Of a stretch of DNA of 64,000 bases, positions 10,193-18,549 are shown piece by piece. Position numbers and translations under genes: made by a program. Source of the stretch: an uncultured Planctomycetota bacterium (GTDB lineage Bacteria; Planctomycetota; Planctomycetia; Gemmatales; Gemmataceae); NCBI GenBank assembly GCA_963849325.1, contig CAWKHF010000006.1, positions 224,001 to 288,000 on the forward strand, in the 5' to 3' direction. The notes beneath the pieces are model-generated. The model was given only the letters and a program-made list of their open reading frames with translations, was not told where the DNA came from and searched no databases. Numbering within the stretch: the first letter of the stretch is position 1; each line of letters begins with the position of its first letter.

Positions 10193-10278
10193 GCGGGCGT
10201 GGCGAAAATGGTAAACGCAGCGGTTTAGCAAACCGCCGTGGTTTTCACCACTTGGGAGTTCGATCCTCCCCGCCCGCA
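10193..10278 (+). tRNA. Class II tRNA with Leu-type body and AGC (Ala) anticodon
   Basis: 7-bp acceptor GCGGGCG/CGCCCGC, D arm GCG-AAAATGGTAAA-CGC, anticodon arm GCGGT-TTAGCAA-ACCGC, long V arm, T arm GGGAG-TTCGATC-CTCCC, A73; CCA not encoded. Confidence 0.9.
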
Positions 10279-10444
10279 TTTCTTTCTTACGTTCTTTTTC
10301 GGACTTTGAGAAGTTGAAAAGCCTAACGAGCGAACCTTGCGGTTGCTCGCCGCCGGCGTAATCGTAGCGCAATTGAAGGGTATCTGTAGTCCGCTTCTCG
10401 GTCAAAGACGCATGAAAAAAATAGACCCAAACCCATTGCTGCCA

Positions 10445-10473
10445 TTTACTTGCATCGATCTCCTGTATATAAT
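10445..10473 (+). promoter_or_regulatory. Putative transposase promoter
   Basis: TTTACT-17 nt-TATAAT followed by hairpin GCCTCCG...CGGAGGC. Confidence 0.5.
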
Positions 10474-10609
10474 TACAGCAGACAAAAAGAAAGCCTCCGC
10501 CGTTGCTAGTAACAACGCCGGAGGCAGATGCAACCGGCGCGGTAACGCCAGAAGCACCCTCGAAAGCCATTCTAGCGTTCCCGCCCCGGACAGGGGAAGG
10601 GAACAATCC

Positions 10610-11863
10610 GTGGACATCCGCGAACAGAAAGCCGTTGAGCTTGCCGACCGAGGCCGCGTCGTCAAGCGGCCGAACGGTTGGCTCATCTACTCCCTTAACA
10701 GCTCCGAAAAGTATTTCGTCACCGTGTTGCCACTGTCCTGTACTTGCGCGGATTTCGAGCTGCGGCAAGAGCCGTGCAAGCATGTCCTTGCCGTGCAAAT
10801 TACCCTGTCCCGTGAAGCCAGCGGTTCTCTCACCGAGCAGAGCACGGAGACGCCGCCGATCAACTGGCCGCGAAAAACCTACCAACAGGATTGGCCGAAC
10901 TACGACGCCGCGCAGGAAAACGAGAAAAGAGAGTTTCGCTATCTCTTGTCCGACTTGTGCAGTACCATTCCGCAGCCCGAACCCAAGGGCGGGACGAAGG
11001 GCGGCAGACCGGCCGCGCTTCTGTCCGACGTGATTTTCGCCAGCGTCTTCAAGGTCTATTCGGGCCTGTCCGGTCGGCGTTTCAACACCGACCTGGAAGA
11101 AACTCAAGAGCGCGGCTTCGTCTCTGCCGTCGTTCACCACAGCAGGATTGCCCGTTGCCTGGAGGACGAGGAAACAACTCCGCTCCTCGTCCGCCTCATC
11201 GAAGCGAGCGCTCTGCCGTTCCGGGCCATTGAGACGGAATTCGCCGTGGACAGCAGCGGCTTTTCGTCGTGCAAGTTCGACCGCTGGTACAGCGTCAAGT
11301 GGGGCCGCGTCATGTCGAAGCATTCGTGGGTCAAGGTCCACGTTATCTGCGGCAGTACTACCCACGTCGTTACCAGCGTCATCGTCGGGACCAAAGACTC
11401 TTCGGATGCTCCGCAATTCGCTCCCCTCGTAAAGACGACGGCCCGAAACTTCACCATCGGTCAAGCGAGCGCCGACAAGGCGTATGCGTCGGCCGAAAAC
11501 TTTGAAATCGCGGAGGAGTGCGGCGGCACTCCCTACATCGCCTTCAAGAGCAATGCGACGGGAGCGGTCGGCGGCGTTTATGAGCGCATGTACCACCTGT
11601 TTTGCTTGAACAAGGAAGACTACCTCCACCATTACCATCGACGAAGCAACGTGGAGTCCGTCTTCAGCGCCGTCAAGCGCCTGTTCGCCGACGCCGTGCG
11701 GAGCAAGCACGAAACCGCGATGAAGAACGAGGCTCTGTGCAAGCTGCTCGCCTACAACATTACCCTGCTGGTTCACGCGATCTACGAGCTTGGTCTTGAG
11801 CCTCGGTTCGCGGATGAACACGACGAACCCCCTTTCATCTTGCCGATGGTTCGGCCCGGTTAG
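10610..11863 (+). CDS. DDE transposase with N-terminal SWIM zinc finger
   Basis: CTCADF...CKH (SWIM); DSSGF, ADKAY, YHRRSNVESVFSAVK (Y-2-R-3-E-6-K); GTG start after purine-rich RBS. Confidence 0.92.
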   Translation: MDIREQKAVELADRGRVVKRPNGWLIYSLNSSEKYFVTVLPLSCTCADFELRQEPCKHVLAVQITLSREASGSLTEQSTETPPINWPRKTYQQDWPNYDAAQENEKREFRYLLSDLCSTIPQPEPKGGTKGGRPAALLSDVIFASVFKVYSGLSGRRFNTDLEETQERGFVSAVVHHSRIARCLEDEETTPLLVRLIEASALPFRAIETEFAVDSSGFSSCKFDRWYSVKWGRVMSKHSWVKVHVICGSTTHVVTSVIVGTKDSSDAPQFAPLVKTTARNFTIGQASADKAYASAENFEIAEECGGTPYIAFKSNATGAVGGVYERMYHLFCLNKEDYLHHYHRRSNVESVFSAVKRLFADAVRSKHETAMKNEALCKLLAYNITLLVHAIYELGLEPRFADEHDEPPFILPMVRPG

Positions 11864-12091
11864 CGGCTCCGGGGTTTTGCAACAGAATACCGGCCTGTTG
11901 CTAAACTGCTGATCCTGTTGCAAAACCTCTGTTGCTAAACTGGTTTGGCAACAAAGCCATGTTGCAAGAGAAAAAAATTGACTGCGGACGGATGGCGCGA
12001 GGTGGCACGAAATGGCGGCAAATGACAGGAAGGGCGGGGACCGGACTTCGTTTTGCCCGAGGGGACGGCTACCATGAGCGGGGAGGTGAGT

Positions 12092-12385
12092 ATGAATGAA
12101 TTACCCGCTCCGCCGGATGCGGCCGGCGATCCCGAGTCCGTGGAACTGCTGCGGGCCTGGGTCGTGCGCGAGACGCTGCAATGCTCGCTGCAAGCCGATG
12201 TCTTCCCCGACCCCGGCACCTGGGGCGCCGTCCTGGCCGACGTGGTTCGCTACGTCGCCAGCGCCGTCGAGCAGCAGGACGGCACCCCCGCCGCCCAGAC
12301 GGCTCGGCGCATCCTCGATGTGTTCGCCGAGGAGATGCGCTCCTCTCCCGATGAAGGAGCGACCCCCACAGAGCCTGAAGCGTAA
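12092..12385 (+). CDS. DUF5076-like small protein
   Basis: GGAGGT RBS; ELPAPPDA...ELLRAW...PGTWGAVLADVVR pattern. Confidence 0.7.
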   Translation: MNELPAPPDAAGDPESVELLRAWVVRETLQCSLQADVFPDPGTWGAVLADVVRYVASAVEQQDGTPAAQTARRILDVFAEEMRSSPDEGATPTEPEA

Positions 12386-12421
12386 GCGAAGAGTATCCCT
12401 TCTTCGCTTACGCTTCAGGCT
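12372..12421. repeat. REP palindrome family B
   Basis: AGCCTGAAGCGTAAGCGAAG / CTTCGCTTACGCTTCAGGCT; copies at 19530, 59193. Confidence 0.85.
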
Positions 12422-15400
12422 GTTAGCGCATCCCGGACGCCGGCCGCTCCGACGCCTTGCGCAGGCGCTGGTCGGGGCCGTTGTTTCCACGCCTTGACGT
12501 CCTCTTGCAGCACCTGGACCGCCTTCGTCAACTGCACGTCCACGCCGCGCGGCATCTGGCCCGGCTCGGGCCAAACGATGGGATCGGGCACGGCGCCGTT
12601 CAACTCCATGTCCTCGCCGTCGTTGACGAGGAACCAGCCGCGGTACGGTACGCGGATCAGGCCGACGTCCATGATGAGTGCCGCTCCGGTGCTGACGACG
12701 CCGCCGGCGGTGGGCACGCCGACGAGCCGGCCGCGCTTCAGCGTTTTGATGGCGTGACTGAAAATCTCGGCGTTGCTGAAGCTGTTCTGGTTGCACAGCA
12801 CGACGATGGGCTTGTTCCAGGTGGCGTAGATCTTGCGGTCGTGCGGGTAGCCGGGTCCGCCGCCGCGCGGCACGGTGACGGCGTGGACCGGCTGCGTCAG
12901 GGCCGTCAGCAGGTGGTCCGCCGTGTTGCCGCCGCCGTTCTCGCGCACGTCGATGACCAGGCCGTCCTTGCCGGCGCCGACGGCGTACAACTGTTCCTCG
13001 AACTTGCTGAAGCTGACCGGGTCCATGGCGCTGATGTGCAGGTAGCCCAGCGTCCCCCGCACGGCGCGAGCCACCTCTCGGCGATTGTGTTCCAGCCAGG
13101 CCTGGTAAAGCAGCGGCGGCACCAGCTTGTACGAGATCGGACGCAGGACCACGTCGCGCTCCTCGCCCTCGGTCCCGCGCACGCGCAGGTACACGTCGCG
13201 CGGCAGCGGGCCGTTCAGCACGCGCGTTAAATCCATGTCCGGCTCGACGGCCGTATCCTCGATCTTGAGGATGACTTCGCCCGCGCGCAGACGGCCCTTC
13301 TTCTGGTCGGCCGGCCCGCGCGGCAGCACGTCGCGCACCTTCAGTCCCGGACCCGGATAGTCCGGCTGGAAACGCACGCCCAGGTGCGCGGTCGTCTCGG
13401 ACCATTTGGCGGAGGGCGCCTCCGCCGCCGGCGGATGGAAGCGGACGAAGCCTGGACTGCCGGGCGGATAAAAGCCCAGGTGCGAGCCGTTCAATTCGCC
13501 GAGCATCAGCTGAACGACGGTGGTGAACGCCTCGCTGTCGGGGGCCTCGGCGGCCCTATCGAGATACTTGCGGCGGATGGCCGGCCAATCGCGGTTGCCG
13601 AGGCGCTCGTCGTACCAGCGATCGCGGCATGGTGCGCCAGCACAGATCGAAGGCGGCGCGGTTGCGCTGGGCCAGATCCACGCGCTGCAAGGCCTGGAAG
13701 CGATAACCTCCCGGGACCGATTCGCCGGCCGCAGTGGACGCCGGGCCGCGCCGCGCCGGCTCGGCCGGCTCGGTTGTCGCCGACTTCGCCGCGCCCGGCG
13801 TGAAGCTCGCCGGCAGGCCGTTCGACAACCACACCACCTGATTGCCCTGTTTTAGCCAGCGCGGCCGGCTGCCCGTCTGCGCCGTCAGGAATTTCGGTTT
13901 GAGATCGTCGGGGACCTCGATGGTGTACGTCCCTCGTTTGCCCTCGATGACGGCCGTGAAGGCCAGCTTCTTCGAGTCCGGCGACCAGAACAGGCCACTC
14001 TCCGTCGCATGGGGGATCGAGACGCGATGAAGGCGCGCGTGAATGTTGTCGAAGTCGATGACCACCTCCGGCGCCCGCGCCGGTCCCGCGGCGCGGTTGT
14101 CCTCGGCGACGCCTTTCTTTTTGCGCACTTTGTTGATCTTTTCCAGCGCTTTATCGAGGCTGCGTCCGCGTCCGCCTTTCTCATCGTCCTCGGCGCGGAG
14201 CCAGACGTAATGGATGTCCACCTCGGTCAGTCCGCGCCGTCCGGTGAAGGCGAGGAGGCGACCGTCCGGCGACCACACCGGGTTGCCGTCGTTGTAGGGA
14301 TGGCGCGACAGGTTGAACGGCTTGCGCGAAGCGTCGGCAGGCACGATCCAGACATCGCGGTTGAAATCGCTGTCGCTGTGGGCGTAGACCAGCCATTTGC
14401 CGTCGGGCGACCAGTCGTATTCCAGCTCGTCCCACGATGGCACCAACCGCCGGGCGTTGCGGCCGTCGGCGTCGGCGATCCACAGATCGCCCCGGCCGCG
14501 CAGGTAGGCGAGGCGCGAACCATCGGGGCTGAAGGTCAGGTTCGACTTGACCTCGCCGTCGTCGCTCAAGCGTTCGAGCCGGAAGCGGCTGTTTTGCCAC
14601 CACGGTTTATTGGGGTCGGCGCGGACGGCGCGCCAGATGTCCGAGCGCGCTTCGCGGTCGGCCACGAACAGGAGCGTCTGTCCGTCCGGCGCGAAGACGG
14701 GACGCTTTTCCTCCTCGGCGGTGGCCGTCACCTGTCGCGGCTCGCGCAGCTCGGTATCCATGACCCACAGGTCACCGCCGGCGATGAAGGCGACCTCCAG
14801 GCCGTCCGCCGTGAACGCCGCCTCGCTCGCCTGCCGCAGGACACGGTTCTCGATGCGGTCCTTCACTGGGTCGCTGTCGTGGCGGACTTCGATCTTCCAC
14901 GGTTTTTTGTCTCGGCCGGGGTGCAGACCATAGAGGTCGAACAGGTGGCGGAAGACGAGCGTGGAGCCGTCGCGGGAGACGCACGGAAAGACAACCGAGT
15001 CGTCGCGGAAGTGCGTCAACTGTTCGCCCGAGCCGGAGGCGAGGTCATGGACCCAGAGGTTGAACGAACCGCCGTGCGCGCCGACGTAGTAAAAGCCCTT
15101 ACCATCCGGCTTCCACAGCGGCCAACGGCAGCCGGTGTCCTCGTCGAGCAAGCGACGGAACGTCCGGGCTTGGAGATCGTAGAGCCAGATCTGGCTGGCC
15201 TGCGAGCCGCGATAGCCCTTGCGCCACCAGGCCGGACCCTCGCGCGTGAACAGCAAGCGCTTGCCGTCGGGCGACAGGCAGCCGTTCTGCCCATAGTCGT
15301 CGAACAGCAGCCGCTCGACCTGGCGCACCTCCGCACCGATGGAGAAGAAGCGTTCGGCGTGGCGCCAGAAGTGATCGCGGACAGCGTTGATCAGGAGGCG

Positions 15401-15769
15401 CCGCCCATCGGGATACCAGTCCTGGAGCGAGCAGCCGGCCGTATGGTAGGTGAGCTGCCCTGGCGTGCCGCCGGCGGTGGGCATGACGTGGACCTGCGCC
15501 GCGCCGCTGCGCTCGCTGATGAAAGCGAGGCGCTGGCCGTCGGGCGAAAAGTGCGGCTGGCGGTCGCGGGCCGGATGCTGGGTCAAGCGCCGGGCGACTC
15601 CGCCGGCGGTGGGTACGGTCCAGACGTCGCCGTCCCAGTCGAAGGCGAGGAGGGCGCCGTCGGGCGACAGGGCAGGATGGTTGGCCAGGCGGATGACTTC
15701 GTCGGCGCGGCCGGGACCGGCCACGAACACCAGGACCGCCGCGATCAGCGAAAGAGCAGCGTGCTTCAC
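12415..15769 (-). CDS. Tricorn-like S41 protease (PD40 beta-propellers, PDZ, S41), frameshifted near 13.5-13.6 kb
   Basis: Signal peptide, repeated SPDG motifs, IDVRENGGG, SFSNAEIF catalytic region. Confidence 0.9.
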
Positions 15770-15937
15770 GGTGAATCCTCCGATACGCGGAAGGGGATGC
15801 GCGTCCGAGAGCGGGACGACAGGCATTGTGTCCATCCGTCGCCGACCTGGCAAGCGACTTCCGCGTTGGCGACGGTGTCTCTTGCGAGCCGCGCCCTCGG
15901 CGCGTATTCTGAGAGGGTGATCCGACCGACGGATCCT

Positions 15938-16032
15938 GGGAGCGTTTGCACCTCTGGTGGGGGCCCTGGTCTTCAAAACCAGTGGCGGGTTTGAACAAAG
16001 CTCGCTGTGGGTTCGATTCCCATACGCTCTCG
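15938..16032 (+). tRNA. selC: tRNA-Sec (anticodon TCA)
   Basis: 8-bp acceptor GGGAGCGT/ACGCTCTC, 5-bp T stem, TGGT D loop, CTGGT-CTTCAAA-ACCAG, long V arm, G73. Confidence 0.92.
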
Positions 16033-16132
16033 ATAAATGGTTTCGGAACCTTTGCCCAACCCTCCAGCGCAAGCTATCTGTTGCAAGGAGTCCATCTCGT
16101 TCAGGATCGCTGGCTGGTGCTCGCCGAACCGT

Positions 16133-16621
16133 TCATCCTCCCGGCCCGTTCGCCGGCTGTCCAGTCTCGTGGGCGTTGATCCGGGCGATGAGCGAATGGA
16201 TCAACGCTCGAACGGTCTGAGATTGGAGGACTTCCTGAACCAACCGGATGAATTCATCGTCCGTCACCGCCTGCCGCTGGAGCAGCGACGGGTCTATCGC
16301 GTGTGCGAAGGAGGCTGTGACCGCCTGCAACGGAGTGCGTGGCTTGGGGGCGAACGCCAGGGCGGTGACCGTCACGGGGTAGAGCCTGTCTATCGCATGA
16401 GTGGCCGACAGTAGCCGCTCTCGGTAGAAGTTGAGGCCGGGAGCGATGAGGTCCAACTGATGCTGAACCAATTGGTCTGTCTCCGTAGTCGTGAGCTTGG
16501 CCTGGAGCATCCCTTGCGTCTTCTGGGACAACCGCCCCTCTTGAGCCCGGAGGATCGCAATCGGCGGCAAGACATTTACCTTGATGTCGTCTGACCAGAG
16601 GTCGGGGATAGTCGTGGCCAT
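16133..16621 (-). CDS. Hypothetical protein downstream of EEP nuclease
   Basis: MATTIPDLW...ILRAQ...LSQKTQG; RBS GGGAGAG; 17 nt after EEP stop. Confidence 0.75.
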   Translation of the reverse strand: MATTIPDLWSDDIKVNVLPPIAILRAQEGRLSQKTQGMLQAKLTTTETDQLVQHQLDLIAPGLNFYRERLLSATHAIDRLYPVTVTALAFAPKPRTPLQAVTASFAHAIDPSLLQRQAVTDDEFIRLVQEVLQSQTVRALIHSLIARINAHETGQPANGPGG

Positions 16622-16638
16622 GATGTCTCTCCCTACGT

Positions 16639-17484
16639 TTACAGGTTGAGCCGGAACAATACGGGGAGATGGTCCGACGCTTCGGACGATCGGGGCCGTC
16701 TCCTGTCCGTCAGAAGGGATTGCTGTCCATCGTCTTCCAGGATACGCAACTCCGCCAGTGCATCCATCAAAGCGGGCCGCAGCAACACCTGGTCGAACAG
16801 GTGCCAGTAGTAGCCGCGGGGGCTGGAGGCCGAGTAAAAGTAGGTTCCCGCTGGCCCCGGCGTCCGGTCCCCGAAGCAGCCCCATATCGGGTTATAGAAG
16901 AAGCGGTAAGGCCGTCCCGCCACTGTCCGCTCCTCACCCCTGGCGAGATCACGGGTCATGACGGCGTTGAGAGCTTGCGCACCGACCATGCCCAGGTCGA
17001 ACGGATTCATGTTCAGGTCGCCAACCAGCACCGTTCGCTGGTGCCCCACTACATCCTCGGTATCCGTGATGTTCCGCTGCAAGACGGTCGCCTGCAGAGC
17101 CTGATCGTTGACATCCCACCCCATCTGGCTCTGGAAGTGCAAGCCTGCGAGCAGTATGTCCGCCGTGGGCGAGATCATCAGGCGGCGGATCGTCAGGCGG
17201 CCATCGGACGAGTCGTTGAATTGATCGATTACCGCCGCTTGCGGGAAACGGGTGAAGAGTTGGATGCGCTGGCTGTTGCTGGGTGGGTAGCAAAAGGTGG
17301 CTGACCCGCCGCCGTTGAGCGCTCCGAGGACTTCAAACGGGTCGAAGGCGGACTCAGCCAGCAGAAGCACCTCAACGCCGAAGTGAGAGACGATCTGGGC
17401 GATGTGGGTACGCAGGACCGGCACCCGTGCGGTCCAAGTCGTTGTCTGGTTGCCCATCAGGTTCCAAAACAGAAACGTAATCAT
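16639..17484 (-). CDS. Endonuclease/exonuclease/phosphatase (EEP) family protein
   Basis: FWN, LAE, VGDLNMNP, FDQVLL, SDHLPV catalytic motifs. Confidence 0.88.
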   Translation of the reverse strand: MITFLFWNLMGNQTTTWTARVPVLRTHIAQIVSHFGVEVLLLAESAFDPFEVLGALNGGGSATFCYPPSNSQRIQLFTRFPQAAVIDQFNDSSDGRLTIRRLMISPTADILLAGLHFQSQMGWDVNDQALQATVLQRNITDTEDVVGHQRTVLVGDLNMNPFDLGMVGAQALNAVMTRDLARGEERTVAGRPYRFFYNPIWGCFGDRTPGPAGTYFYSASSPRGYYWHLFDQVLLRPALMDALAELRILEDDGQQSLLTDRRRPRSSEASDHLPVLFRLNL

Positions 17485-17672
17485 TGGCCTCGCTTCTCCC
17501 GCTGTCCCTAGTCTACCAGGTCATACCGCCCTTCTCGATTGGGGAAGCGACGACCATCGCCTTTCCGCGGCACCCGACGAACCCCTCCCCTGTCTCGGAT
17601 TCCGACGCATCGGGGCGGCGAACCGGGCAGGTGGCGTTCGCCGACCTGAGCAAAAAAAGTACCGATTTTTTC

Positions 17673-17701
17673 TTGCGTCTAACGCCTCTTCTTTGTATAA
17701 A
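17673..17701 (+). promoter_or_regulatory. Putative sigma70 promoter of csrA
   Basis: TTGCGT-17 nt-TATAAA after AT-rich tract. Confidence 0.5.
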
Positions 17702-17945
17702 TTCGTCTAACGAAGAGTTGGAGCACGACGTTCCGGACCTTCCTCACCAAGGACTTTGCTCACATGGACGTGTCCATCCTACCTCGTCCGCCCTTCCCGT
17801 TTTTCGTTTACTTCCACACGGACCTCACGAGGCTCCTCGAAGGGAACGAGGCGTTGAAGACGCCCGTGCCGGATCGATTGACAAGGAGATCGAGGCGCGA
17901 AGCTTTTCCGGACCTTTTGCCCCTGGCTCATGGAGGATGCCTGCC

Positions 17946-18413
17946 ATGTTGGTGCTGGCTCGCCAGTTGAACGAACGCATCATCATCCCTGTGGTGCGGG
18001 CGACGATCGAGGTCGTCGCCCTCAAGCCCAACGCCGTTCGGCTGGGGATCGACGCCCCGCCGGAGGTCGCCATCCTCCGCGAGGAGGTCTTCCGCCGCGC
18101 CGGTGGAACGTCGGCCGACCTGTCCCGGCCGGCCGACCCGGACGCGGAAGTGCGTCTGTCGCGCATCAAGCACGTCCTGCGCAACCGCCTGCATAGCGTC
18201 GCGCTGGGGATGGATCTGCTGTCCCAGCCGCTGCGCGAGAACCCCGTGCCTGGCCTGGAGACGATGCTCCAGCGCATGGCGGAGGAGGTTCGCACGCTCG
18301 ATGAGCAGCTGCGCGCCTTGCTGGCGGAGCCGCTCGACCGAGTGGTCGTACACGACGCCATCGGACGGCCGGCCCCCTCCCGGGAAACAGCGGAAGGCGG
18401 TCTCGCCAGCTGA
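17946..18413 (+). CDS. csrA: CsrA-family RNA-binding regulator with C-terminal extension
   Basis: MLVLARQLNERIII...VRLGIDAPPEVAILREE; GGAGG RBS. Confidence 0.85.
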   Translation: MLVLARQLNERIIIPVVRATIEVVALKPNAVRLGIDAPPEVAILREEVFRRAGGTSADLSRPADPDAEVRLSRIKHVLRNRLHSVALGMDLLSQPLRENPVPGLETMLQRMAEEVRTLDEQLRALLAEPLDRVVVHDAIGRPAPSRETAEGGLAS

Positions 18414-18549
18414 GGAGGGTTGCCCGGCGATCAGTTACCGGACGAGCCGTTCGGCTCGTCCGGCGGGACGGCGCCATCCGATCCGGATAGGATAATCTTC
18501 CGCCGGATCGCGGCGTCCGCGATCGCGCCACTCCGCCAGGGCCGTTGCC

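Larger units (their letters stand above)
9445..11958 (+). mobile_element. Complete cargo-carrying IS (IS5/IS903-like ends, IS4/IS5-superfamily DDE transposase)
   Basis: Perfect 16-bp TIR GGCTTTGTTGCCAAAC (9445-9460; 11943-11958), flanking direct repeat ATGTTGCAAG (9435-9444; 11959-11968), visibly lower GC. Confidence 0.93.

Noticed and set aside
10220-10236. Reading the IS tRNA as ordinary tRNA-Leu(TAG)
   Set aside because: Centring TAG breaks the 5-bp anticodon stem and puts C at 37; AGC gives a perfect stem, U33 and A37. Only two compensating indels would change this
14009-15994. Long antisense/shadow ORFs (this and many others in the track)
   Set aside because: Expected by-product of high-GC codon usage opposite real genes; no domain motifs
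16033-17600. Prophage or integrative element at selC
   Set aside because: No integrase and no duplicated selC 3' end seen
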